Shown piece after piece: positions 1 to 12,678 of a stretch of 64,000 bases of DNA (its first letter is position 1; each line of letters starts with the position of its first letter). The notes beneath the pieces are model-generated. The model searched no databases, was not told where the DNA came from, and saw only the letters and a program-made list of their open reading frames with translations. The position numbers were made by a program, and so were the translations under genes. This stretch comes from Octopus vulgaris (Eukaryota): positions 5,890,001 to 5,954,000 of the forward strand of contig OX597815.1 of assembly GCA_951406725.2 (NCBI GenBank), in the 5' to 3' direction.

Positions 1-250
1 TCAAATGTGTCTGTTTTGAAACATCTTCTCACGATGCTACTTAACGCTATTTCGTTTAAAACCGTTTTTTTTTTTGTTTTTGTTCTGTCATGCGACCTGG
101 ATAATGAGTTTTTAAATGAGGCCAATAAAATACGGCATTGTTATACGTAAGTTCTCTTGGGGAGAACGTAAGATGCACGTGAATGCGTGTGTATGTTGCC
201 TATGTGCCTAGTGTGCATGTGTGCATTTACACACACATACATACATATAT

Positions 251-283
<33 letters not shown>

Positions 284-409
284 TTATCGTAGGTGAATGA
301 ATTATCCTATGTTTATCGTCAGCATGGAAAATTCGCTTTATCGCTTTGTTTACCATGAAGGCAACCATCGAAATTTTTGTTTGTCTTGTTGTCGAGAGAG
401 GCTCCCTTT

Positions 410-491
410 CTTTCCTGATGAGAAGATTGCATAATGCACCCTTTATTCCTTTGGAATGAAAACATGCTGTCTTCGAAACATGTGTCGAGAG
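410..491 (+). ncRNA. Type I hammerhead ribozyme motif with intact core, in a ~250-bp element (284-535) between two (TA)n tracts
   Basis: Stem I ctttc(410-414)/gagag(487-491); CTGATGA 415-421; stem II gaaga(422-426)/tcttc(470-474) with a long internal extension; GAAAC 475-479; palindromic ACATGT; GTC cleavage triplet 484-486. Confidence 0.8.
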
Positions 492-533
492 TAAAGGAAT
501 TTTGTTAACATCTTCGTTCGATTCCATTCTTTC

Positions 534-600
<67 letters not shown>

Positions 601-901
601 TGGCGACAACGACATTCCGGTTGTTCGGGCTTAGCCCAAGTATAAATTTAGTAAAGTGAACTTGTATTTTCAAGATGATTTCATCTCTACAACACCGACA
701 TGAAAGAGGCGTGAAAGATTTGAGAATTAAAAAAAAAAAGCGAATGCTCTGTCGGACCATACTGTCCATGCGGATGATATGATTAGAAGTTACGGGTTAA
801 GATGCATTACGACGCTAAATATATAATAGTATTTTAAGATGAATCTAAAATATGAAGGGTGACTAGATTAAAATCGTATAGGCTAATTCTTTTACTATAT
901 A

Positions 902-1332
902 TAGTAAAGTTTATTTGCCAACAGAATGTGGTGATCCTATAAAGGACAATATTACTATTGTTTAAGTCCCAGGAAAACATCTTTTCCAGCTAGCTATCGA
1001 CACACAGTCTGTGTCCGTATAGTGTTTGCAAGGGAGGTCATCGCTCCCATCTCCAGCCAAACGTGATACTCACAGACCATGGTTTCTGAGTGGTTACCCG
1101 TCCTCAGTGTGAGACAATCACTGGCTGTTGATGAAAGCTCTCTCCACTTGCAAACACTTTATATTCTTTAAGTGACACACAGTCGCTGATCTCGTTTAGA
1201 GAAAAACAACTTGTTTTAAATCTCTCGATGAGAGATATATAGTAACAGTACAGATTAGTAAAGTTTATTTGCCAACAGAATGAGGTAGTCCTATAATGGA
1301 CGGTGCTACTATTGCTTAAGCCCCGGGAAAAC
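902..1332 (-). mobile_element. Retrozyme or Penelope pseudo-LTR-like element: 354-bp monomer plus ~77-bp terminal redundancy
   Basis: Direct repeats 902-978 and 1256-1332 (tagtaaagtttatttgccaacagaatg...ggaaaac); internal hammerhead motif and long hairpin 1021-1158. Confidence 0.65.
1069..1113 (-). ncRNA. Type I hammerhead ribozyme motif
   Basis: Minus strand reads ctcaca-CTGAGGA-cgggtaaccactca-GAAAC-catg-GTC-tgtgag: 6-bp stem I, palindromic ACCATGGT stem III, GUC site; C-A mismatch at the base of stem II. Confidence 0.8.
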
Positions 1333-2175
1333 GTACATACATACATACACATATATGTTTTCGTATACATTCGCTGATTTCTTCCAAGGAATCTAATGCT
1401 TTTAGCTTAGATTCCCTTGGGGTTGGCCAGATTGTAAACGTTGCAAAAGTAAATAAGAAATTTGTAGGCAAATTTAACGAAGTGTACAGATTGAAGTGAA
1501 ATTTAGGAAGTTACTTCTGTCAGTAAATTATGTATGAAATTACTTTCATCAGTAATCGTGAACTTCTTTCTGTCAGTAATTTGTTGTTACTGTTTGTAAA
1601 TAGAGATTGAAAACTTACAGTAAAAACAATAGCGATTGAACTTAAAATTAAAGCAATAGAGAGTGAGTGATATATAGAGAAAGAGCTAGCTACTTCGACA
1701 AATAAGATAGGTATAGGTAGATAGATAAGATATAGACAGATAGGAACAGAAAGATAGATATAGAGATAGATATGGATAGAGACATATAGAGAGATTGTGA
1801 TAGACTGAGAGAGATGGATGGAGAGATATAAATAGAGATACAGACGTCACTGACACTAGAAAACCGGAAGTAAATATTTTTTTTAACTTTCAAAGTCGTG
1901 AATCTAATAAAAAATGCAATATATTTTTTACTGACCAACAGCATGTAAGGGAGACAATCAATTTCTGAAAGTTACTTCGCAAAGAGTTTTCTCCCATCTC
2001 CACGTAACCCGGGAACGGGTGTTTTTTGCCACCGGGGGCCCGTTACTCATTATGTGAAAAATTTTAAGAGTCTAAAACCATCCCTGGAACAAAAGTAATG
2101 TATGTTCCCAGTTTGGAGAAAATCAGTTGAAAAATACGGCCGTTATAATCTTTTACACGCACATACACATACAGA

Positions 2176-2480
<305 letters not shown>

Positions 2481-2879
2481 GTGTGATTTCATAGAGAATT
2501 AAAAAGAACGTGTATAGATGCAACTAAATATATGTACTTATGTGTGTGTATACACGCACATGCACACATACATAGACACAGGCATGCACGCACACACACA
2601 CGCACACACGCAAATACACGCGTATATACATACACAATGACATTCCAACTTTCAAATGCACACACGCACGCAAAACGCTTCGTGCACGCGGACGCGATAT
2701 TCATTTGTGAATTTCTTTCTGAAAGCAAACAATTGATGAACGAAGAAGTTGATCGGTGACAGCGTATTGTTTAACGAGAACGAGATTTGAGAGGGAAAAT
2801 GTGAAAGCAGCCAATAAATAAACAAATAAATAAATAAAGGAATAAGTAGACAGCAGACGAACAGACAGACAGGCTAGTA

Positions 2880-2899
2880 GTAGACAGATAGATAGATAG

Positions 2900-2969
<70 letters not shown>

Positions 2970-3051
2970 GCAGACAGACAGGCAGGTAGGCAGGCAGGCA
3001 GGCAGGCAGGCAGACAGACAGGCAGGCAGGCAGACAGACAGACAGACAGAC

Positions 3052-3122
<71 letters not shown>

Positions 3123-3186
3123 GCAGACAGACAGACAGACAGACAGACAGGCAGGCAGGCTGGCAGACAGATAGATCAATAGATAG
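2880..3186. repeat. (GATA)n/(GACA)n/(GGCA)n compound microsatellite
   Basis: Seen directly. Confidence 0.95.
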
Positions 3187-3639
3187 AACTCAGTAAAAAT
3201 CTTGTTTCAGGGGTCTATTTTGCTGTTATGGCAAAAACAGAAAGAATATATATATATATATATATATTGCGTGTGTGCGTGCGTGCGTGCGTGTATGTTT
3301 ATACCACGTCGTATCTCCAAAATGCTATTATTATTATACAATGTTTATTAATCAATCCAGTAATGAAATTTCATCAACAACAAAACCTAAATTCTTCTCG
3401 GCTTGAAATATAAATAAATAAATGGAAAATACACAAAAAAAAAAAGACGGGGTTTGGGGTGAGGGGAGGGTGTGGTGGTGGTGGTGGGGGGTAAAAACTC
3501 GACAACTTAATCTTCTCGACGCTGATACGCATGCGTGCACTATTTATATTTTCTCTCCTGCTTTTACGTTGAGCCTGTTTTGCATTTCTGTTTTAACACA
3601 CCTTAGTAGTGAAAGAGAGGGAAAAAAATAACAGTTTAT

Positions 3640-3677
3640 TCTCTCTCCCCCTCTCTTTCTCTTTCTCTTTCTCTTTG

Positions 3678-3712
<35 letters not shown>

Positions 3713-3722
3713 TTCTCTTTGT

Positions 3723-3755
<33 letters not shown>

Positions 3756-3827
3756 TCTCTTTGTCTCTTTCTCTCTCTCTCCCCCTCTCTTTCTCTTTCT
3801 CTTTGTCTCTTTCTCTCTCACTTCTTT

Positions 3828-3872
<45 letters not shown>
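3640..3872. repeat. (CT)n-rich polypyrimidine tract
   Basis: Seen directly. Confidence 0.95.
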
Positions 3873-3874
<2 letters not shown>

Positions 3875-4089
3875 GTAAATGCTGTTTCTAGTTTCTTCCG
3901 TCATTTTTTTTACATCTTCATCGATTTTCTTCTTCAATTCTAAATGTCTTTTCTTCTCCCCATTGTCTATATCTCCCCCCTTCATATACCACACACAATT
4001 TCATGTTACTTTGCGATCTCTCTCTCTTCCTCTCACTCCCTCTCTCTCTTTCATTCTTTCTTCCTTTTTTCTTCTCCTCTTTTATAACT

Positions 4090-4355
4090 ATAGGTTCGCC
4101 GTCTGAAACGATGGCGGCGCCGTCGCTCTTCCGTTGCCCTTTCCATTGTACCTTACCCTTTCAGCTATCTTCATCTCCAACTCGTAACAAGGACAGACAA
4201 CACGATTGAATTTCCACAGATTGACTTACATGTGAGTCTTTCCTGCTGAAAATAACGACGGCTTCAGACGATAAAGTCGCACAAGTTGACAACTACACTG
4301 GCTACAACATATTGAGGTCAAACGGCCACGAGCGGCATCCTTCCATTTCGACCTT
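4090..4355. promoter_or_regulatory. Unique CpG-rich patch, possible promoter or first exon (direction uncertain)
   Basis: Non-repetitive and CpG-rich; YY1-like aaacgATGGCGGC near 4106-4118; donor-like motifs on both strands near 4224-4237 and on the minus strand near 4151-4156. Confidence 0.4.
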
Positions 4356-4545
4356 TACAAATATAGCACAAGAGCTTATTAGGGACTTATTTCTACCATA
4401 CTTCTTTTGGTTACACTCTTCTCCTTATTATTTATAAATATATCAAACTGATTTTATCTTCTATTTATACTCATCTTCAGTAACATAAGCATTTAGTCAT
4501 CATCGTCATCATCATCATCATTATCATCATTATCATTATTATTAA

Positions 4546-5220
4546 GGCGGCGAGCTGGCAGAATCGTTAGCAAGCCGGGCGAAATGCTGAGCGGTATTTC
4601 GTCCGCCGCTACGTTCTGAGTTCAAATTCCGCCGAGGTCGACTTTGCCTTTCATCCTTTTGGGGTCGATTAAATAAGTACCAGTTACGCACTGGGGTCGA
4701 TGTAATCGACTTAATACCTATCTATGTCTGTCCTTGTTTGTCCCCTCTATGTTTAGCCCCTTGTGGGTAATAAAGAAATAGGTATTTCGTCTACCGTTAC
4801 GTTCTGAGTTCAAATTCCGCCGAGATCGACTTTGCCTTTCATCCTTTCGGGATTGATAAATTAAGTACCAGTTACACACTGGGGTCAATGTAATCGACTT
4901 AATCCGTTTGTCTGTCCTTGTTTGTCCCCTCTGTGTTTAGCCCCTTGTGAGTAGTAAAGAAATAGGTATTCCGTCTGTCTTTACGTTGTGGGTTCAAATT
5001 CCGCCAAGGTCGACTTTACCGTTTATCCTTTCCGGGTCGATAAAATAAGTACCAGTTGAGCTCCCGAAATTTCAGACCTTGTGCCTATATTAGAAAGGAT
5101 TATTGTTATCGTCATTTGACTTTGCCTTTCACCCTTTTGGGGGTCGATAAAATAAGTATCAGTGGAGTCGACTTACCCCTCCCCCGAAATTGCTGGCCTT
5201 GTGCAAAAGTTTGATACGAT
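4546..5220 (+). mobile_element. tRNA-derived SINE family A, tandemly multimerised copy
   Basis: Head ggcggcgagctggcagaatcgttagc, B-box-like gagttcaaattcc, body gcctttcatcctttcggggtcgataaattaagtaccag. Other copies at about 16316-16610(-), 18780-19035, 20392-20625, 22620-22845(-), 25380-26100, 27612-28012, 38706-39120, 44657-44860(-), 47100-47360(-), 49537-50130, 56560-57570 (degenerate) and 62923-63145. Confidence 0.85.
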
Positions 5221-5288
<68 letters not shown>

Positions 5289-5864
5289 TATTGCCCCTAC
5301 TAGCTTTCCCGATTAAGTTCAGTCAGTCACTGCGCGGTAATAATCTGGTTACCTTGACAACAGAGAAAATCTGATATCCATCCATAAAAGAAGAGCATGT
5401 TTATTATCAAGTGCAAAAATATATAACGAGAAGCAATGATAAAAAAGAAAGGAGGCGAAGCATTTTAAAAAAATATAGGCAAGGGGTATAGAGGTTGGAA
5501 AGTGATATTACGACAATCAGCAGCAGACGATATATAAGGCTAAAATCCGCCATCTTATCTCGTTGTTAAATGCCTTTTAAATGAGAGGAAGGAAAATAGG
5601 AGAAGAGGAAGGCAGAAACAATGAAAGATTGAATAAATAATTAAGGGAACAGTTAGATACACCCAACCATACGAAATGTTAAATAGTTCTTCGATAAATG
5701 TCGAGTATAATTCGTTTTGTCTGAAAAGAACCAGAGATTCATGTAAAACTTTTCCTGTGCTACGGACAGCCTTTATAAATTTTACGTAGTTTTAACATTA
5801 AAATTGCCTTTCTATGTTTACACAAATATACGCATACACATACGTATTTAGTCTTTCGTGTATG

Positions 5865-5936
<72 letters not shown>

Positions 5937-6502
5937 TATTCTGTTGGTACATCAGTATAATTAGCATTGGTGTATCAGGACAAAGGAGTATCTCTCCATA
6001 TACGTATAAATGCCTGTGTGTGTATATATATGTATGCATGTAATGTATATATATATTCTTTTATTCTTTTACTTGTTTCAGTCATTTTGACTGCGGCCAT
6101 GCAGGAGCACCCACTTAAAGGGCTTTTAGTCGAAGCACTCGGTCCCAGGACTCATTGTTCGTAAGCATAGTACTTATTCTATAGGTCTTCTTTGCCAAAC
6201 CGTTAAATTACGGGGCGTAACATCGGTTGTTAGGCGATGGTGAGAGGAAAAATACATACACACACACACACACACATAAATATACATATATATATATTCT
6301 TTTATCCTTTTATTTGTTTCAGTCATTTGACTGCGGCCACGCTGGAGCACCGTCTTTAGTCGAGCAAATCGACCCCGGGACGTATTCTTTGTAAGCCTAG
6401 TACTTATTCTATCGGTGTCTTTAGCCGAACCGCTATGTTACGGGGGGACGTAAACACACAAGCTTTGGTTGCCAAGCGATGGTGGGGAGAATAAACACAC
6501 AC

Positions 6503-6596
<94 letters not shown>

Positions 6597-6659
6597 TTCA
6601 GCCCCGGCATCCGAAACTCTGAGTTTTATCATGACAACCAACTAATTGTCACATATTAT

Positions 6660-7040
<381 letters not shown>

Positions 7041-7729
7041 GCAAGCCTCTCAATTTTGTGAATCCCTCTTCATATTACATGTTCGGTGTTCATGAAAGGA
7101 ACCACATTTCTGCCGCATTGATAAGCATTTCCCTTTGTCGATGTTCCAGATGAAAACCAAATAACAGAAAGCTACGGCCAAGTACATTACTTACTAATGC
7201 AATGAAGATAATTAAACGCATTAAAAGTTAATGAAAATAAGTTCTTAAGAGAATGGATTTATATTCTTAATGAGTCGGATGGGTCTGACGACGGATTACA
7301 ATGGCGTGAATACTAAAGTGAATGCACGTTGTCGGTCATTGCGTTCGCCGTGGCTTTCGTCCGTATGTTTCTTTATTTTTCTCTGTTCCTGGATTTATGT
7401 ACAAGGAGAAATCCAGTTGTAACCTCAGAAGAGCTTGGAAATAATAGAAGTAAAAACCTATCAGCCATTGCTCTAAGATTTGGATATATATATCAAAAAC
7501 ATGTTCAAAATATTTACTACAGGGGTGGAAGAGGTTTACTACTCTTCTCCACACCTTAACATCTCTGTTGTTTTGCTATCTTTTCCTGGGGTTTGTTCTG
7601 CTTTCATCACCTTGAGGGTATTTTTAATTTCACAGACCACTTCTTCTAACATTTGTGACGGTGGAAGATGGAGTTTCAAAGATGATTTTAAAAGGTTGGT
7701 GTAGAAGGTTTTACATGTCTCTTGCAAAA

Positions 7730-8530
7730 CCTTCTACGCCATTTCCAATACGCTCTCATGATGATAGTCCGAGCATGGAATTTTTCTATTGCCCTTTGCG
7801 TCGTAGCTAATCGGTATTCTATTCTCACCCTAGTAGCCCACGTCTCACCTGCATATAAGAGCGCAGGTATGACGGTGCTATTGAAGATTCTAGCTAAAGC
7901 TTTGCTTTGAGCACATCCTGCCCTCATTCTTTGTCTGTCACTGTGAACCCGTGCTTCATCTGAAGCGCCGTCACCTCTAAACCTCAGAGTGCCAGCTCTT
8001 TCCTGCGCCTTTTCATATTTTTCCTTTCCTCTGCAACCTCTATCAGCTTCTTCAATCTATAATTCTCGTAATCATTTTCTTGATGTTGTCTGATCGCTTT
8101 GCAGTGAACAAAATACTCGAAGTGACCTGTCATGTCCTTCATAGTTTCCGTTTCTCTCGCGTTTCCCCCCGTCTCCTCCAAGCTCCTTCCATCAGGCTCC
8201 CGACGGCTTGCAGTCAGTTCTTGCAGCTTCCACATGCAGCTTCTAATTTTCTGCACCAGTGGATTGTAGTCTTCATCAAACACTTCAGCATAACTACAAA
8301 GTTCCCTCTGGATAACATCCTACAATTTGCGTTACAACGAAGACCCTAAGGCGTTGATTTTTTCATTTGAGATGTGCAGGGCCTCCATCTTTCTGATTTC
8401 GTGGATCAGGATCTTCACCTGTAACAAGCGATGATCACAGCCTGTGTTGAACGGCTCTATCACCGATACGTCCTGCAATATGCGTGTTTGGGGGCTATCC
8501 AGGTCCCTCTCTTTCCATCTTTTATGCATA
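7730..8530 (-). mobile_element. RTE-clade LINE relic (APE endonuclease end, linker, RT C-terminus with deletions)
   Basis: Peptides DVSVIEPFNTGCDHRLL (APE SDH motif) and FNSTVIPALLYAGETW...LATTQRAIE. Confidence 0.75.
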
Positions 8531-8599
8531 TATAATCAATTATAGTCTTTATTTATTAATATATGGATCTTTGCTTTACAAATACTGCGTCATTCTTTT

Positions 8600-9000
8600 C
8601 CAAATTGCTTAACTAGATCGTCTTACCATCGGCTTGGTGCCTTTCCAAATGGTATTTTCCGATCTCTTAGAGACCACTTGGCAACTGCATGGGTTCCCCT
8701 GTTGTCTGTGAACCTTGCAACGTGTCCGGCCCAGCGGAACTTGTGCTTCTAGTATTCTGTAATCACGTCGCTCACTCCATTCCCTTCTCAAATTATCTCA
8801 TTTCAAATGTGCTCCCGTAATGTTATTCCTAGCTTGGATCTTTCTATGGCTTTTGTGTCGTAACCAATTGATATTATATCCTCATTGTAGTGGCCCATGT
8901 CTCACTTGCATATAACAGCGCAGATAGGACGGTGCTATTGAAGAATCTGGCTAGAGCTTTGCTTTGAGCACATCCAGCACTCATTCTCTTTGAGATTTCA
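8600..9000 (-). mobile_element. RTE-clade LINE 3' fragment
   Basis: Minus strand gives FNSTVLSALLYASETW and KFRWAGHVARFTDNR with stops; near-identical inverted copy at ~13895-14080. Confidence 0.75.
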
Positions 9001-9581
9001 TGAACATTTAATGCCATTATTCAAGCTTAGAAAAATATAATACGAATTCAATGACCCATTGTTGTGACTATGAGCTGAATCCTAAAACCTTAATACTACT
9101 ATTGAGGATCGAGTTAAATATTTCAAATTATGGAACCAAAGATGGCCTAAAAATGGGCGTGAATGGTCATAGATTGATTCTAGGTTGGATAAAACACAAG
9201 GTCGATCGCGCTGGCCTTAATACTCTGAAAATAAAGAGACGTAATTAAATAAGGCGAGCCATTTTCTCTGCTGCTCTAAGACAACACCGTTCCACTCTAG
9301 AATTCCTGGGTAATCATTCAGACATTGTTAACTTTGTAGTGGAATCACTCTGTAGTCTCTGACAAACAATTAGTGAATGCAACAAAGAATGGTCACAGCT
9401 GCAACAAACTCTAAATCTTCTCAAAATACATAGGAATGTACTTATATGTTTGTCTATATATAGAATATATATAAATAGATGTGGGTGTGTGGGTGTGCGT
9501 GTGTATAGATATTATAGGTACATTTATTTGTGTATGCGTTTGTATTATTTATGAGAGGTAGACAGATAGATAAAAAGATAG

Positions 9582-9676
<95 letters not shown>

Positions 9677-10209
9677 CCCTTTTACTTGTTCCAGTCATTA
9701 GATTGCGACCATTCCGCGAAACCCCTTCAAGAATTTTTAGTCGAATGCCACTTTTTCCCTGTACGTTTTTTTTCTTTTTTTTTTTTTTTTGTAAGCCCGA
9801 TACTTATTCTATTGGTGTCTTTTGGCGAACCGCTAAGTGACACGCCAACACCGCGTGTCGAGCGACGGTGAGGGGAACAGCCGGGCACTAAGACGCACGT
9901 TCAGGGATATACATGCGACGCCGCTGCATACATACTTTCGTAAATACATGGACACATGCATACACACGCACGCAGGCACGCACATACACGCGCACACACA
10001 CACACACACACAGACTTGTACACACAATTAAGTAAAATGCATGAGCTCTAAGGAGGGAGCGGGGTAGATGGCTTTTCTGCAGTCCATCGCAAAGAAACAC
10101 TCACACAGACACACACAGACGTCCATCCATCCATCCTTCCATCCATCCATCCATCCATCCATCCATCCATCCATACATCCATCCATCCATCCATCCATAC
10201 ATACATACA

Positions 10210-10259
<50 letters not shown>

Positions 10260-10304
10260 CATATATATATGTGTGTGTGTGAGTGCGTGTGTGTGTATGT
10301 ATAT

Positions 10305-10354
<50 letters not shown>

Positions 10355-10359
<5 letters not shown>

Positions 10360-10559
10360 GTTAATCCAAACATGAAAGCACAAAAAAACACAACAACGCA
10401 AGGACGTGGAACAAATATAGTATTATTGGACGCTCAGGAAAGAAGGAAAGAAGAAGGGTTTAACGTTTCGAGCGGAGCTCTTCGTCGGAAACATAGGAGA
10501 AGGAAAGATCCAGAGAAGGGAAGACAGAGGGAAAAAAATCGCCAACGGTACACACGAGG

Positions 10560-10561
<2 letters not shown>
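10355..10561 (-). mobile_element. ~200-bp hammerhead-bearing element ending in (TA)n; second copy at ~28800-29003
   Basis: Two dispersed similar copies; minus strand 10458-10492 reads gttt-CCGACGA-a-gagc-tcc-gctc-GAAACGTT-aaac (U4C core variant). Confidence 0.7.
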
Positions 10562-10627
<66 letters not shown>

Positions 10628-10636
<9 letters not shown>

Positions 10637-11070
10637 TAAAAAGAATTCCAACCTTGTCTGATTTTCACGTTTTATTTACAATCTTATAATGATATATTAT
10701 AAGATAATATATTATAATTGAATAAAATAAAATGAAATAGTAGAATGTTAAATATTCATTCTGATTGAACTAGTACTTTCATGCATTGAATTCTGCAATC
10801 TTCGGGTTCATGTAGTAGTGTTGACAGTCATGCTTCACAATTTTTGACTGTCAAAAATTGTGAAGCATGACTGTCAACACTACTACATGAACCCGAAGAT
10901 TGCAGAATTCAATGCATGAAAGTACTAGTTCAATCAGAATGAATATTTAACATTCTACTATTTCATTTTATTTTATTCAATTATAATATATTATCTTATA
11001 ATATATCATTATAAGATTGTAAATAAAACGTGAAAATCAGACAAGGTTGGAATTCTTTTTATTAATATAT
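10628..11070. repeat. Perfect palindrome with 221-bp arms and a 1-nt spacer at 10849; each arm carries a hammerhead-like motif
   Basis: Centre aatttttgac-t-gtcaaaaatt; motif tgaac-CCGAAGA-ttgca-gaattcaa-tgcat-GAAAGTACTA-gttca at 10888-10932(+), mirror at 10766-10810(-). Confidence 0.9.
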
Positions 11071-11132
11071 TCTTCTATACACAATCACACACACCCATAT
11101 ATATATATATCTATATATATATATATATATAT

Positions 11133-11318
11133 ACTCTTTTACTTGTTTCAGTCATTTGACTGCGGCCATGCTGGAGCACCGCCTTTATAGTCGAGCTTAT
11201 TCTTTGTAAGCCTAGTACTTATTCTATCGGTCTCTTTTGCCGAACCACTAAGTTACGGGGACATAAACACACCAGCATCGGTTGTCAAGCGATGCTGGGG
11301 GGACAAACAGACACACAA

Positions 11319-11416
<98 letters not shown>

Positions 11417-12082
11417 GTTTAAATATTTGTTGTGCAAGATTTTTTATGTGAAGTCGTGTGTTGAAACAGATATTGTTATATTTCGGAATGGTCATATTGC
11501 CAGTTTAGCCAATAAAAACACACGCACTATATATTTGGTGTTATTTTGCTTCAGTGATATTTATTTTTTACATTAATCTTAATCTTATTTCGGCCAAAGT
11601 TCTTTCGTCACACTCCTGTGACCGCATCAGTGGTCCTTTGTTTTCTTCTCACTTACTTGTGTCTCTCCTTACTAACCGTCAGCCATTTTGTATTTCTATT
11701 GTATGTCTTCATTTGCGCATGCTTATATCTCTATGTGCGTCTATGTTTATTTAGTGTGTGTGGGGGGGGATGCCTGTAATATTTGTATCTTCTGGTTATA
11801 TACATTCTTGTAATTTGTATTTTGTTTTTGTTGTTGTTGCTTTTGTTCTAATTTTGTTCATGTGTTTACATCCACCCATTATCATTAGTAAGGAGAGACA
11901 CAAGTAAGTGAGAAGAAAACAAAGGACCACTGATGCGGTCACAGGAGTGTGACGAAAGAACTTTGGCCGAAATAAGATTAAGATTAATGTAAAAAATAAA
12001 TATCACTGAAGCAAAATAACACCAAATATATAGTGCGTGTGTTTTTATTGGCTAAACTGGCAATATGACCATTCCGAAATAT

Positions 12083-12131
<49 letters not shown>

Positions 12132-12290
12132 TACAACGGGCTTCTTCCAGTTTCCCTCTCCCAAATCCACTCACAAGGCTTTGGTCGGCTCGCGGCTATA
12201 GCAGAAGACACTTGCCCAAGGTGCCACGCAGTGGGACTGAACCCAGAACCATGTGGTTGGTAAGCAAGCTACTTACCACACAACCACATG
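11133..12290 (-). mobile_element. tRNA-derived SINE family B copy, interrupted in its microsatellite by an inverted-repeat element
   Basis: Family head ggcgcaggagtggctgtgtggtaag...gggttcagtccc...ccttgggcaagt and tail caaatgactgaaacaagtaaaagag. Other copies at about 6055-6500(-), 12615-13315(-), 29040-29410(-), 39400-39800(-), 45780-46186(-), 54198-54570(+), 55310-55530(-), 59845-60232(-), 60466-60845(+) and 62270-62635(-). Confidence 0.85.
11470..12090. mobile_element. Penelope-like element 3' remnant with inverted pseudo-LTRs (206-bp arms, 209-bp spacer)
   Basis: Arms 11470-11675 and 11885-12090; degenerate hammerhead 11925-11968 (CTGATGC-g-gtcac/gtgac-GAAA); spacer minus strand encodes MGGCKHMNKIRTK...*, like the C-x-H-x-N-K end of PLE ORFs. 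Confidence 0.65.
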
Positions 12291-12678
12291 TGCGTGTGCG
12301 TGTTTTTCCCCGCCACCGGTGTTGGTGTGTTTACGCCCTCGTAGCTTAGCGGTTGAGCAAAAAAGAAACGATATAAGAAGTACCAGGTTTTAAGAAAATG
12401 AAGTACTGGGGTCAATCGATTCGTTTGACTAAAACTTCTTCAAGGCAGTGCCCCAGCGTGGCCGCGGCCAAATGACTGAAACAAGTAAAAGATGGAAGAT
12501 GAAATCTTATGACCCTCACCCCTCACTGCGCTGCTCCGGTTTTCTGTTCGTCACGGGTGGAAGTCGTGCATTTTCTTCTCCCTTTTCGATCCTGGCATAA
12601 AACGTCTCTGTCATTTAGCTTCTATCATGCTTGTTTCACTCATTGGACTGCGGCCATACTGGAGCATTGCCGTGAAGT

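Noticed and set aside
141-527. 128-aa minus-strand ORF MESNEDVNK...
   Set aside because: It runs through a (TA)n tract and is the antisense of the hammerhead-bearing element; no splice or homology support
4111-4209. Short ORF MAAPSLFRCPF... with a good start context
   Set aside because: It stops before the + strand donor; ATGGCGGC is equally explained as a YY1-like motif
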